This document shows positions 8,203-18,574 of a stretch of DNA of 64,000 nt, piece by piece. This DNA is from an uncultured Planctomycetales bacterium. GTDB taxonomy: Bacteria > Omnitrophota > Gorgyraeia > Zapsychrales > JBDRMG01. A program made the translations under genes and the position numbers. Where the stretch lies: assembly GCA_964478715.1 (NCBI GenBank), contig CAYZIY010000010.1, forward strand, positions 2,250 to 66,249, given 5' to 3'. Each line of letters starts with the position of its first letter. The stretch's first letter is position 1. Under the pieces are notes generated by a model. The model was not told the origin of the DNA. It saw nothing but the letters and a program-made list of their open reading frames with translations, and ran no database searches.

Positions 8203-9675
8203 ATGAAAAAAATAATTCTTTTTCTAAGCATCCTGTCTTTCTGCTTTTGCGCGGAGTTGCGGGCAGTTCAAGAAGACGTTAGAAAAGCCGTTGTAAAAGT
8301 TTATGCCACCTCCAATAAGATTGATTTCTTTAAACCCTGGCAATCGGAAGGAAATAATCCAAAGTATGGATCCGGTTGCATTATCTCGGGCAACCGCATT
8401 TTGACAAATGCCCACATCGTAAGCGACCACACGTTTATTCAAGTCAGAAAATATAATGATTCAAGGAAATATACAGCAAGATTAATATCGATCGGTCATG
8501 ATTGTGACTTGGCCTTGCTTACTGTTGATGATGAAAATTATTTTGACGGAGTTCCGTCTATTAAATTTGGAGATCTTCCTTTTTTACAGGATACCGTTAA
8601 TGTTTTAGGATACCCTATAGGCGGTGACAAGATCTCCATTACAGAAGGAGTGGTATCGAGAATCGAGGCTCAGCCTTATGCCCACAGCGGTAAAAGACTT
8701 TTGGCTGTTCAGATAGATGCGGCTTTAAATCCAGGCAATAGCGGAGGACCTGTTTTTCAAGACGACCGACTGATCGGCGTAGCAATGCAAGTTATCACTA
8801 ATTCCCAAAACATCGGATACATTATCCCGCGCCCTGTGATTGACCATTTCCTCAAAGATGTTGAGGATAAAAAGTATGATGGCTTTCCGCTTCTGGGAGT
8901 AAATTTTGATAGTACGGAAAATCAATCGTTGAGAAAATATTACGGGATCGAAGAGGAGGAAGGTGGGATTCTTATCTTTAGCATACTGCCCTTTTCGGGA
9001 GCGCAGGACTTTCTCGAACGGGAAGATGTTGTTCTGGCTCTGGACGATATTCCGATTTCCGTTGATGGGACGTTTTCATTTCGGGATAATGAAAGAATCC
9101 TGATGAGCCATATTATTACGATGAAAATGATCGGAGAAGAAATCAAGGTATCTCTGGTGAGAGACAGAAAGAAAATGGATATCTATGTCCCGCTTAGAAC
9201 TTTAGAGAAAGCAATTCCTGAACCATATCAGGTTCGAAGGCCGAAATATTATATTTTCGGAGGGATGATATTCTCTGAGCTGACATCCGATCTGGTTTCC
9301 AAGTGGGATCGCTCAAAATATCGAGGCCCTATCGATTATGCTTATTATGAGTACGGCTCTGGGTCGCTGAACAAAGAGCAAAGAGAAGATATTGTGATAC
9401 TGCTTAATGTCCTGCCCGGAGAAGTTAATTTGGATTACCATAACTACAATCATGAAATCATTAAGAGAGTCAACGGCCGCGAGATTAAGTCTTTTGAAGA
9501 CTTGGTTCTAAGGCTCAATGAAAAAGACAGAGTGTTTTCCGTCATTGAAACCGAAGGAGAGCGTATTATTATTCTTGAAAATGAAGAATGCCGCAATGAA
9601 AACGATATTCTCATGCAGCGATACAATATACCCAGTCCTTATTCGCCGGACATCGCCCCCTTGCTAAGCGAATGA
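8203..9675 (+). CDS. HtrA/DegP-family periplasmic serine protease with PDZ domain(s)
   Basis: Signal peptide, His TNAHIV, Asp DCDLALL, Ser GNSGGPVF catalytic triad in trypsin-fold order, long C-terminal PDZ-like region. Confidence 0.8.
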   Translation: MKKIILFLSILSFCFCAELRAVQEDVRKAVVKVYATSNKIDFFKPWQSEGNNPKYGSGCIISGNRILTNAHIVSDHTFIQVRKYNDSRKYTARLISIGHDCDLALLTVDDENYFDGVPSIKFGDLPFLQDTVNVLGYPIGGDKISITEGVVSRIEAQPYAHSGKRLLAVQIDAALNPGNSGGPVFQDDRLIGVAMQVITNSQNIGYIIPRPVIDHFLKDVEDKKYDGFPLLGVNFDSTENQSLRKYYGIEEEEGGILIFSILPFSGAQDFLEREDVVLALDDIPISVDGTFSFRDNERILMSHIITMKMIGEEIKVSLVRDRKKMDIYVPLRTLEKAIPEPYQVRRPKYYIFGGMIFSELTSDLVSKWDRSKYRGPIDYAYYEYGSGSLNKEQREDIVILLNVLPGEVNLDYHNYNHEIIKRVNGREIKSFEDLVLRLNEKDRVFSVIETEGERIIILENEECRNENDILMQRYNIPSPYSPDIAPLLSE

Positions 9676-9699
9676 TTTTATAGTATAGTTTGCCCATCT

Positions 9700-10203
9700 A
9701 TGAAAAATAAATATATTACCATAAAAGAATCCCGTATACATCACCGGGGAGTTTTTGCAAAAATATTTATAAAAAAATCTACTCTCATTATCGAGTATGT
9801 CGGTGAGAAAATCACCAAGAGAGAGGCAGAAAGAAGGGGTGATTTACAGCTGCAAAATGCAGGTCAAGATCAAGCAAAGGGGCATGTCTATATTTTTGAG
9901 CTCAATAAATGCTATGATATTGACGGCAATGTATCTTATAATGATGCCCGCTTTATTAATCATTCCTGCGATCCGAATTGTGAAGCTGTTAACATTGATG
10001 GTCATATCTGGATTGAAGCGTCAAAAGATATCCCTAAAGGGGAAGAGCTAACCTATAATTACGGTTATCAGTTCAGCGGCGAACAGGAGCACGAATGTTT
10101 TTGCGGATCCCGTAACTGCGTTGGATATATCATTGATCAAGACCAATGGCATAAGCTTGAGAAGTGGAAGTATGAGAAAGTTAACTCATCCAGAAATCGT
10201 TGA
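9700..10203 (+). CDS. SET-domain protein (putative protein-lysine N-methyltransferase) with post-SET Cys cluster
   Basis: HRGVFAKIFIKKSTLIIEYVGEKI, RFINHSCDPNC (NHSC), GEELTYNYG, CFCGSRNC post-SET. Confidence 0.8.
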   Translation: MKNKYITIKESRIHHRGVFAKIFIKKSTLIIEYVGEKITKREAERRGDLQLQNAGQDQAKGHVYIFELNKCYDIDGNVSYNDARFINHSCDPNCEAVNIDGHIWIEASKDIPKGEELTYNYGYQFSGEQEHECFCGSRNCVGYIIDQDQWHKLEKWKYEKVNSSRNR

Positions 10204-10711
10204 CCGCCAGCGAAGCCGTACCCGAAAAGCCAAACTTCCCCTTCATATTGTTTTGAATAATATCAGAAGCCTCTATAATGTAGGTAGCATATTTAGAACG
10301 GCCGATGGGGTTGGTGTATCAAAAATATGGATTTGCGGAATTACGGGTAGGCCGCCTCATCCCCAAATAGCCAAAACAGCTCTGGGAGCTGAGGATTCTA
10401 TTTTATGGGAATATCAAGAAGACATTATCGGCGTTGTGAAGGATTTGAAGGCTCAAGGGTTTCAGATCGTTGCTTGTGAGCAGATTGATCAAAGCGTTTT
10501 TCATGATGAATTTATTCCCAGCGAACCGGTTTGTCTGATCATCGGAAATGAGATTGATGGTGTTTCGCCAGACCTGCTTGATCTATGCGATCAGGCCGTT
10601 GAAGTCCACATGGCGGGAATAAAGAATTCTTTAAATGTCAGCGTGGCCTTTGGAATCATTGCATATCATGTTCGCAAAATACTTATTGAGAAAAGAAGAC
10701 GCCCGCAGTGA
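10172..10711 (+). CDS. SpoU/TrmH-family RNA 2-prime-O-methyltransferase (SPOUT)
   Basis: VLNNIRSLYNVGSIFRTADGVGV, IIGNEIDGVS, LNVSVAFGIIAY are the three SPOUT motifs. Internal ATG 10172 chosen (homology starts there). It overlaps the SET gene by 32 nt. Confidence 0.7.
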   Translation: MRKLTHPEIVDRQRSRTRKAKLPLHIVLNNIRSLYNVGSIFRTADGVGVSKIWICGITGRPPHPQIAKTALGAEDSILWEYQEDIIGVVKDLKAQGFQIVACEQIDQSVFHDEFIPSEPVCLIIGNEIDGVSPDLLDLCDQAVEVHMAGIKNSLNVSVAFGIIAYHVRKILIEKRRRPQ

Positions 10712-10766
10712 GTCAGTGGATAAAACAGCGTATTACCTCTTCGGCTCTTAGGTTGAATGAGGCCGC

Positions 10767-11441
10767 ATGAAAATAATTCATTTAAAATTAAAGGCGGTTA
10801 TATTCGACATGGACGGTGTGATCACTAATACCATGCCAGATCACTATCGTGCCTGGAAAGAGATCTTCTCTCGATACGGCATTGATGTTGATCATCAAGA
10901 TATCTATAAGCGGGAAGGGCAGACCGGCATTCAAAGTGTTTTTGAGATTTTTCATGATTACAATAAATCGATTAACCGTAAACTTGCCTGTAATATTTTG
11001 AAACAAAAAGAAAAATTTTTTAAAAAGATTGTTAAAAGAAGATTTGTGCCGGGATCCCGAAAATGGATTAAAGATTTAAGAAAGGAGGAATTTTGTCTTG
11101 GACTGGTTACGGGAACAAGCCGCCATGAGCTTAAGCGCATCCTGCCAAAGAATATAAGAAAATCCTTTGACGTAATTATTACCGGGACGGATGTAAAAAA
11201 AGGAAAGCCGCATCCTCAACCTTATGTCAAGGCTATACAACAATTGAAGATAAAGCCAGTACAGGGAGTGGCTATTGAGAATGCGCCTTTTGGAATCGAA
11301 TCGGCCCGGAAAGCAGGCCTCAAGTGTTTGGCTATAGAAACCTCTCTGGACCGAAAACACCTAAAGAAAACGAAATTTATCTATAAAAATATTCAAGATT
11401 TAAGAGAACACGTCACTTTTAATATTAATGAACCCAAATGA
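10767..11441 (+). CDS. HAD-superfamily hydrolase (beta-phosphoglucomutase-like subfamily IA)
   Basis: AVIFDMDGVITNT motif I, GLVTGTS, KGKPHPQPY. Confidence 0.7.
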   Translation: MKIIHLKLKAVIFDMDGVITNTMPDHYRAWKEIFSRYGIDVDHQDIYKREGQTGIQSVFEIFHDYNKSINRKLACNILKQKEKFFKKIVKRRFVPGSRKWIKDLRKEEFCLGLVTGTSRHELKRILPKNIRKSFDVIITGTDVKKGKPHPQPYVKAIQQLKIKPVQGVAIENAPFGIESARKAGLKCLAIETSLDRKHLKKTKFIYKNIQDLREHVTFNINEPK

Positions 11442-12300
11442 CATCATGATTTTGCTCATCTATAAAAAAAGCGCATATCAAATATATTTCATAGATAATA
11501 GAAATTATTTTGTTAAAGATCGCAGTGTTTTAATAAAAAAGGAGATTGCGCTTTTAAAAAAGTCACACGAAGTCCACGAAAATACTCTGTTAACGGTTGA
11601 GGCCACACTGCAGAAGCTTAATCTGGTCTACGAAAAATGTTATCGCGCGCGTGGTTGCAGCACCAAGGTCTTTGACCTTATCATCACTGTTGGGGGTGAC
11701 GGAACATTTTTAGAAGCGGCTTCCCGGGCTGAAAACCAGCCTTTGCTGGGTGTGAATTCGGATCCCAAGAGAAGCCTGGGAAAGTATTGTATTGCCGAGG
11801 CCTGCAACTTTGAAGACATTCTTAAAAAAGTGCTTGAAAAGAAAATCAAACCCAAAAAGATAAATCGCCTTAAGGGGAGCATAAACAGAAAAAAAAGTTT
11901 TTGTTTTGTAAACGATATCTTGATCTGCCACAAGAATCATGCGGCGATAAGCCGTTATGCTCTGGTGATTGGCCGGGAGCAGGAGATTCAAAGGAGTTCA
12001 GGGATTTGGATATCAACGGCTACCGGGTCCACCGGTGCTATCCGATCGGCGGGAGGGAAGGTTTTAAGGGCTTCTTTACCTCACGGACAGTATCGACCGC
12101 GCGAATTACATCCCTGGCCGATTAAAAACTATCGATTTAAAGGCCATGTGCTTGATTTTAAAGAAAGATTCAGAGTTATCAGCCTTATGAGGAAGGGTGT
12201 TATCTACGTTGACGGTTCACATGTCAGCTATGATTTTTCATTCGGAAAAACAATAGAGGTCCGGCTGTCAACCAATCCGGTAAAGGCATTTCTGAAATGA
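11428..12300 (+). CDS. nadK: NAD(+) kinase
   Basis: DLIITVGGDGTFL GGDGT motif, NDILI, C-terminal beta-sandwich region. Confidence 0.7.
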   Translation: MNPNDIMILLIYKKSAYQIYFIDNRNYFVKDRSVLIKKEIALLKKSHEVHENTLLTVEATLQKLNLVYEKCYRARGCSTKVFDLIITVGGDGTFLEAASRAENQPLLGVNSDPKRSLGKYCIAEACNFEDILKKVLEKKIKPKKINRLKGSINRKKSFCFVNDILICHKNHAAISRYALVIGREQEIQRSSGIWISTATGSTGAIRSAGGKVLRASLPHGQYRPRELHPWPIKNYRFKGHVLDFKERFRVISLMRKGVIYVDGSHVSYDFSFGKTIEVRLSTNPVKAFLK

Positions 12301-13352
12301 GTGAGCCCAATAAGATAATCGCCGCTAATTTATTGCGATGGTATTGCAGAAATGCCCGGAATTTGCCTTGGCGAAAAACAAAAGATCCTTATAAAATTTG
12401 GATTTCAGAGGTTATGTTACAGCAGACAACCGTAAAAACCGTGATTCCTTATTATGAGGGATGGATAAAAACATTTCCGGCTGTTCAGGAAGTCGCTCGC
12501 GCATCCTTGCAAAAAGTTTTGAGGATATGGCAGGGGTTGGGATATTATTCACGCGCAAAAAACATTCATAAATGCGCCAAGATTTTTGCAAAAAAATACA
12601 ACGCAAGAATTCCAAAGAATCCTGAAATTCTTAATTCCTTGCCCGGATTTGGCCCTTACACAACAGGGGCTGTTTTGAGTATTGCCTACGATTATCCTAT
12701 ACCCATCATCGATGCCAATGTGCGACGAGTAATGATGAGATTGATGAAAATCAATGGATACTCCTTAGCGACTCAAGATAAAAAGATTTGGCCCGTACTT
12801 ATGGAAATCCTACCACAGAAATATTCGGGTGATTTTAATCAAGCTCTCATGGAGGTGGGTGCTCTGATTTGCAAAAGCAACGAGCCTTTATGTGAAAAAT
12901 GCCCTCTTAAAAATCAATGCGAAGCGCGAAAGGACGGGATTCAGGATTCCATTCCTCGCGTCAAAGCAAGCAAAATCCAGCGTATTAAAGCTGTTGTGGG
13001 CGTTATTGAACATCAAGGGAAGATTTTGATTCAAAAAAGAACTTCCGGAAATTTATTTGCCGGGCTTTGGGAATTTCCCGGAGGAAAGATTGAGGAGCGG
13101 GAGCAGCCGCATCAAGCGCTCAAGAGGGAATTAATGGAAGAATTGGGATGTCAGTTACAATCGTTCCACAGACTGACATCTTTAAAACATTATTACACCA
13201 AATTTTGTGCGCATCTTGATGTTTTTCAATGCACTCTTAAAGGACAGCCGGTTTTAAGCAAAAATAGACGTTATGTCAGTTTAAAAAATATGGGTCACTA
13301 CCCCATGCCATCGGCTTCAGTGAGAATCATAAAAAAATTGAAATCAATATAG
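12297..13352 (+). CDS. mutY: A/G-specific adenine DNA glycosylase MutY (HhH-GPD + 4Fe-4S + NUDIX-like C-terminal domain)
   Basis: VMLQQTTV, LPGFGPYTTGAV HhH, CKSNEPLCEKCPLKNQC Fe-S loop, C-terminal GLWEFPGG NUDIX-like region. Confidence 0.8.
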   Translation: MSEPNKIIAANLLRWYCRNARNLPWRKTKDPYKIWISEVMLQQTTVKTVIPYYEGWIKTFPAVQEVARASLQKVLRIWQGLGYYSRAKNIHKCAKIFAKKYNARIPKNPEILNSLPGFGPYTTGAVLSIAYDYPIPIIDANVRRVMMRLMKINGYSLATQDKKIWPVLMEILPQKYSGDFNQALMEVGALICKSNEPLCEKCPLKNQCEARKDGIQDSIPRVKASKIQRIKAVVGVIEHQGKILIQKRTSGNLFAGLWEFPGGKIEEREQPHQALKRELMEELGCQLQSFHRLTSLKHYYTKFCAHLDVFQCTLKGQPVLSKNRRYVSLKNMGHYPMPSASVRIIKKLKSI

Positions 13353-14141
13353 ATGAAGAACAGAAAGAGCAAAAAAACTATTTTACTGACCAATGATGAC
13401 GGCATCTTTTCAGATGGGATTATGGCCGTTTATAAACAACTAATCAAAAAGGCCCATGTGGTTATTGTTGCTCCCGATTACGAGAAGAGTTCAGTCAGTC
13501 ACGGCATTACGCTTTCGTCCCCTTTGTCCGTCAATCAAGTAAAACGTGAAGGAAAGTTATTCGGCTATGCTGTTAATGGAACGCCGGCCGATTGCGTGAA
13601 GCTAGCCTGCGCAGAATTATTGAACAAGAGGCCTGATCTGATTGTTTCCGGTATCAATCTTGGTCCTAATGATGGATGCAGCGTTTTTTATTCTGGAACC
13701 GTTGCCGCAGCGAGAGAAGGGGCGCTTTTGGGGATTCCTTCGGTCGCCGTTTCGCTTGCGACATTTGTTGATCCTGATTATCAGCTTGCGGCTCGTTTTA
13801 TGGGGAAAATCGTTGAGTTTATGAACATGCATAAACTACCCAAGGGGTGTTTCTTGAACGTGAATGTTCCCAACAAGAAAAAAGACTCAATTAGGGGAAT
13901 CAAGATCACAAAGCAGGGTGAAAGACCCATTCACAGTCGATTTTATGTTCGAACCAATCCTCATTCGAAATTATATTATTGGCTCGCCGGAGAAGTCGAC
14001 CAAACCGAAAAGGATCTTGAGACCGATACCTACGCTTTATCAAAAAATTATGTGACAGTGACTCCCCTATCCTGCTCCACAAATAATGAATTGCTGATAC
14101 GTGAAATCGAGAAAATCGGCACTCTTCCTAAGAAAATATAA
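13353..14141 (+). CDS. surE: 5-prime/3-prime-nucleotidase SurE
   Basis: ILLTNDDGI, SGINLGPN, GTVAAAREG. Confidence 0.85.
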   Translation: MKNRKSKKTILLTNDDGIFSDGIMAVYKQLIKKAHVVIVAPDYEKSSVSHGITLSSPLSVNQVKREGKLFGYAVNGTPADCVKLACAELLNKRPDLIVSGINLGPNDGCSVFYSGTVAAAREGALLGIPSVAVSLATFVDPDYQLAARFMGKIVEFMNMHKLPKGCFLNVNVPNKKKDSIRGIKITKQGERPIHSRFYVRTNPHSKLYYWLAGEVDQTEKDLETDTYALSKNYVTVTPLSCSTNNELLIREIEKIGTLPKKI

Positions 14142-14185
14142 TTTAGGGTTAAAATTATACCAAAGTGCTATAAAATAATAGTGTT

Positions 14186-15247
14186 ATGATGAAATGTAAG
14201 TCATTGACGAGTGCGAGCGTTTTAATTATGGATGATCAGAAGCTTCATATTAAGCTTCTGGAGTCTATTTTGCATAATCATGGATTTACCAATGTTCAAA
14301 GCTCCCAGGATCCTCGCCAGGGAATGATCCTTTTCGAAAAAGTCAAGCCCGATCTTTTGATTTTAGATCTGAATATGCCTCATTTGGACGGTTTTCAGAT
14401 CATGGAAAAACTCCAAGATAGACGCAGCAGCGAATTCCTGCCTATTTTAATCTGTACCAATGAACTGGGAATTGAGGGTCGCGTCAAGGCTTTTGAACGG
14501 GGTGCTAATGATTATATTAACATTCCTTATGAAAGCGTTGAGATTATTACGCGCATCAAAAATTTAATCGAGATGCGACATTTGCATCTTGAACTGTCTG
14601 ATCAAAAAGATATATTGGAACAAAAAGTCAAAGATCGGACCAGAGAACTTAAAGAGACACAGCATGATATTATTCGGCGATTAGCCCGGGCCGCAGAATA
14701 CCGGGACAACGAAACCGGGATGCACATAGCCAGAATGAGTCATTATAGCGTTGCCCTAGGAAAGGCATCGGGATTGTCAGATGGTCAATGCGAACTTCTT
14801 CATCATGCGAGTCCGCTTCACGATGTCGGAAAGATTGGAATTCCCGATAATATCTTACTAAAACCGGGCAAATTAACTAATCAAGAGTATGAGATTATGA
14901 AGACGCATACAACTATTGGCGCGCAATTGCTTTCAGAAAGCAGCTCGCCCTTGATGCAGATGGCAGAGATTATAGCTTTAACTCATCAAGAGAAATGGGA
15001 CGGAAGTGGTTACCCGAAAGGCTTAAAAGGAGAAGAGATTCCATTAGTAGGGCGCCTTTGCGGTCTTTGCGATTGTTTTGATGCCCTAACCTCGTCACGA
15101 CCGTATAAAGAAGCCTGGCCGTTCGATAAGGCCATTGAAGAAATTAAGAAACAGAAGGCGAAGCAATTTGATCCCCGGATTGTTGAAATATTTCTTCAAA
15201 TCCTAAAGCAAATACATTCCATTTATTGTCAATATAGAGATGAATAA
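14186..15247 (+). CDS. response regulator with receiver domain fused to HD-GYP c-di-GMP phosphodiesterase domain
   Basis: REC (LILDLNMP phospho-Asp region) followed by HHASPLHDVGKIGIP and HQEKWDGSGYPKGL (HD...GYP). Confidence 0.8.
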   Translation: MMKCKSLTSASVLIMDDQKLHIKLLESILHNHGFTNVQSSQDPRQGMILFEKVKPDLLILDLNMPHLDGFQIMEKLQDRRSSEFLPILICTNELGIEGRVKAFERGANDYINIPYESVEIITRIKNLIEMRHLHLELSDQKDILEQKVKDRTRELKETQHDIIRRLARAAEYRDNETGMHIARMSHYSVALGKASGLSDGQCELLHHASPLHDVGKIGIPDNILLKPGKLTNQEYEIMKTHTTIGAQLLSESSSPLMQMAEIIALTHQEKWDGSGYPKGLKGEEIPLVGRLCGLCDCFDALTSSRPYKEAWPFDKAIEEIKKQKAKQFDPRIVEIFLQILKQIHSIYCQYRDE

Positions 15248-17135
15248 TAACAGCCAGAAAGTCAAAACATTTTTCTATCCTCGTATTCCCGTGCTCGATT
15301 TGAGCGATGGTCCGGATATGTATGCGGAATTCACGACGGAAGCTCTCAGCTTTCTGATGATGATCGAAAACCTGATCTATACGATAGAATCCGGCTCCGA
15401 CACTCAGCAAAATCAAGAAACGATTTATAAGATTTTTCACACGATAAGAGGTTTATCTGATTTTCTTAATCTCGAAGATATAAGTTTTCTGGCTTTCGAG
15501 GCGGAAAAACTATTGGAGCAGACCAGAAAAGGACATCTCTTATTTCAGGGTGAAATCAAAGACACGCTGGCGGAGGCGATCAGTACTATCAGAAAATTGC
15601 TGATTCTTCTCAATGAACAGATTAACAACGTCGGGGAACTCAAAAGCGACTATATTAATATTGGTCCTGTTATTGAAAAAATAAGACAATGCCGGGAAAA
15701 GGCGGATACTCAAAGTCCTGCTGTTTATGATGATCAGAGAATGCTTTCGAAATTCAAGAAAGATATTCGAGATATTGATCTCAAGAATCTGGAAGCACGT
15801 TTACAGGCCGATGATCAACAACCGCTTTGCGATAAAAAGACCTTAAGAAAATTGATTCAAATAGCCAAAGAAGCTAAAAATAATATAAAGGACATCGAAA
15901 ATAAACTTTTCGCAAGACAGAATGAGTTGATCAAAGAAAGAGATTTTGCCATCACCCTCAGCCAGCAGGCGCAAGGCGTGGCCAGGATGAAAAGTAATTT
16001 CCTGGCAAGCGTCACTCACGACATCAGAACATTGATTACATCAATTTTAGGATTCTCCGATCTGCTTTCAAGAGATGCTCTTAACGAAAAACAAAAAGAA
16101 CGAATTGCCATGATTACATCTAGCGGATCATTGCTCTTGAGTCTGGTGAACAACATTCTTGATTTCTCTAAAATAGAACAGGGCAAGCTAAAGCTGGAGA
16201 GTATTGAATTTGATCTAGACCAATTGATTGACGAAACGATAAATATTCTTTCGTCCAGAGTCGATGAAAATAATCTCAAGCTTGATTATCATATTGAGCA
16301 AAATATTGAAACAAACTTGATAGGTGATCCAACTCGCTTAAAACAGGTGCTGTTGAATTTGATCGATAATGCGATTAAATTCACGCCCAGTGGTTATGTA
16401 ACCTTAAAAGTTATGAGCAATCAACAGAAAGAACGGAAAGATAAGGATGTTCTTCCGCTAGTGTTTCAAGTAGAGGATACGGGAATAGGAATACCAGAAG
16501 AAAAGAAAGAATTAATTTTTGAATCATTTACCCAGGCCGATATTTCAACGGCAAGACAGTTCGGCGGAAGCGGTCTAGGTTTATCCATATGCCGAAGCTA
16601 TGTTCAGCTTATGGGAGGCAAGATCTGGGTCAAATCAAAAACCGGGGAAGGAAGCACTTTTATCTTTACTGCCGATTTCAAGAAAAAGAAGGAATCGATT
16701 GGGAAAGAAGCAAGTGAAAAAGTAATATCTCAGAAAAATCGCGAGGAAGAAATTCTCAAAAGCGATTGTTCCAAAGCCAGAGTGCTTGTGGCCGAAGACA
16801 GCGTGACAAACCAGGAATTGATGTCGGCTTATTTTGAGTCTTTCGGCTGTATGGGAGATTATGCGTCAAATGGAAAAGAAGCCATTGAAAAAATAAAGAA
16901 TAACGATTATGATATGTGTTTGATGGATATTCAGATGCCGCTTTGTAACGGATTGGAAGCCACGCGGGTTATCAGAAGAGAATTGAACAATAAGATTCCG
17001 ATTATTGCCTTAACGGCTGCGGCTACGGAAGAAGAAAAGAAGCAGTGTCGGCTGGCGGGAATGACGGATCACCTGTCAAAGCCCTTCCAAATGATTGAAT
17101 TAAAAGAAATTGTTTTGAAATACAAGAAGCGTTAG
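15240..17135 (+). CDS. hybrid sensor histidine kinase (N-terminal HPt-like, HisKA, HATPase_c, C-terminal receiver)
   Basis: HTIRGLSDFL HPt-like, FLASVTHDIRT H-box, NLIDNAIKFT N-box, GGSGLGLSI G2, C-terminal REC with MCLMDIQMP. Confidence 0.8.
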   Translation: MNNNSQKVKTFFYPRIPVLDLSDGPDMYAEFTTEALSFLMMIENLIYTIESGSDTQQNQETIYKIFHTIRGLSDFLNLEDISFLAFEAEKLLEQTRKGHLLFQGEIKDTLAEAISTIRKLLILLNEQINNVGELKSDYINIGPVIEKIRQCREKADTQSPAVYDDQRMLSKFKKDIRDIDLKNLEARLQADDQQPLCDKKTLRKLIQIAKEAKNNIKDIENKLFARQNELIKERDFAITLSQQAQGVARMKSNFLASVTHDIRTLITSILGFSDLLSRDALNEKQKERIAMITSSGSLLLSLVNNILDFSKIEQGKLKLESIEFDLDQLIDETINILSSRVDENNLKLDYHIEQNIETNLIGDPTRLKQVLLNLIDNAIKFTPSGYVTLKVMSNQQKERKDKDVLPLVFQVEDTGIGIPEEKKELIFESFTQADISTARQFGGSGLGLSICRSYVQLMGGKIWVKSKTGEGSTFIFTADFKKKKESIGKEASEKVISQKNREEEILKSDCSKARVLVAEDSVTNQELMSAYFESFGCMGDYASNGKEAIEKIKNNDYDMCLMDIQMPLCNGLEATRVIRRELNNKIPIIALTAAATEEEKKQCRLAGMTDHLSKPFQMIELKEIVLKYKKR

Positions 17136-17149
17136 TTAAGGAGAATTTT

Positions 17150-17527
17150 GTGAAAATACTTGTGATTGACGATTCGGACCTCGAGCGGGAGCTACTTATT
17201 GAGGTTCTCAAAGGAGCCGGTGTTAAGGATGAATTCCTGCAGGCGCGAAGCGGTGAAGAAGCGATCCAGATTTTGGGGACACGGTTTAAGGAAATAGGAT
17301 TAATACTTCTCGACTGGCAGATGCCGGAAATGTCCGGAATGGAATTTATGGAAGGTGTGGTAAAAGTGCCTACGGTTGCCAAAATTCCCATCGTTATGGT
17401 GACCGCTTCGGGATCGGAAGAAAATAAAAAGAAAGCCAAAGAAGTCAATCCGAATTTGGCAGGTTATGTGGTAAAACCTTACACGCCCAACTCATTACTC
17501 GATACGATCAAACCCTATATTTCATAA
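17150..17527 (+). CDS. single-domain CheY-like response regulator
   Basis: GTG start after TAAGGAGAA. ILVIDDSD, LILLDWQMP, KPY. Confidence 0.75.
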   Translation: MKILVIDDSDLERELLIEVLKGAGVKDEFLQARSGEEAIQILGTRFKEIGLILLDWQMPEMSGMEFMEGVVKVPTVAKIPIVMVTASGSEENKKKAKEVNPNLAGYVVKPYTPNSLLDTIKPYIS

Positions 17528-17533
17528 CAATAT

Positions 17534-18121
17534 TTGATTATGTTATTTGGAAAAAAACAAAATCCTGAACTGGACAAATTTGGAGAGGTTCTAAAAAAGA
17601 GCATCAAAGCACTCTTTATGGAAAGAGGAGAATTGAAGTTTTCCCAAGAGCCTGAAATGGTCAGGCGGGATATCTTGGAATATGAGGGACGAATGAGGGC
17701 TGATGGGATGGAAAAATTTAATGGTCCGACCTATGTTGCTACCCTCAATTATTATTTAAATACCAGCGATATGGAAAAAAGCAAGGCTGTCGGAGTCTTG
17801 GTGGTATATATTCTTCAGAGCTATATGGCGATATTGATGAAAAAGCTAAAGTATCCAAAAGTCGATGATGAAGATGAGGATGCACTCAAGGATTCTTGCG
17901 GAACATTATGCAATATCATTGGGGGAAGGTATAAATCGGATATTTCATCAAACGGTTATCAGGAGTTAGAAATGTCTCCTTTTGCGACGTACCGTAACAG
18001 CGCATCTGACGGCGTCGCCTTTTGTTTTAGCGAGTATGAAAAAGTCGAAATATCTTTTTTTCTGGATAAAGAAAAAAAAATGGTTGTTGAAGTTTCAATG
18101 GGCATTGTCCCAAAGCGATAA
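17534..18121 (+). CDS. CheX/CheC-like phosphatase family protein (tentative)
   Basis: EDALKDSCGTLCNIIGGRYKSDISSNGYQELEMSP resembles the CheX core (DAIGEIGNIIAGNAKTALSEEGY.LDIS.P). Context is between REC and HPt genes. Confidence 0.4.
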   Translation: MIMLFGKKQNPELDKFGEVLKKSIKALFMERGELKFSQEPEMVRRDILEYEGRMRADGMEKFNGPTYVATLNYYLNTSDMEKSKAVGVLVVYILQSYMAILMKKLKYPKVDDEDEDALKDSCGTLCNIIGGRYKSDISSNGYQELEMSPFATYRNSASDGVAFCFSEYEKVEISFFLDKEKKMVVEVSMGIVPKR

Positions 18122-18187
18122 AAACAAAATTAATTATTTTATTATTCGACTCAACTTTCATTTATAGTACAATAAGGACGGTGAAAA

Positions 18188-18574
18188 ATGAATACTAACG
18201 ATCATACTGATTTCAACTACAATTTAGATGCTGTCAGCGAAGAGCTCAAGATAAGACCAGAGATACTTAAAAAGCTGGTCATAAGCTTTTCCAAAACACT
18301 GTCGGAGAAAATTCAGGCTCTGGAAGAAGCTTTAAAGGCTGATGACGTCATCAAGATGCGCGCTCTTTTGCATGAAATCCGTGGGACTTCTGGAAATCTT
18401 AGACTGGAAAGTATTGCTACAACCGGGAGGATTATGCACGAGGCTGTCAAGTCAGAAAATCAGAAAGAGAAAATCCACGAATATTTTGATGCTCTTAAAG
18501 CCCAAACTCATGCTTTGGGATATTTTATAGCCAGAATGGAGAATCAGGAGAATGTGGAGAATCCTCATAGTTGA
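18188..18574 (+). CDS. HPt (histidine phosphotransfer) domain protein
   Basis: LLHEIRGTSGNLRL matches HxxKGxxxxxG HPt motif. Confidence 0.7.
   Translation: MNTNDHTDFNYNLDAVSEELKIRPEILKKLVISFSKTLSEKIQALEEALKADDVIKMRALLHEIRGTSGNLRLESIATTGRIMHEAVKSENQKEKIHEYFDALKAQTHALGYFIARMENQENVENPHS

Noticed and set aside
17023-17448. 141-aa minus-strand ORF spanning HK/CheY junction
   Set aside because: Antisense to two strongly supported genes; Ser/Pro-rich low-complexity translation.
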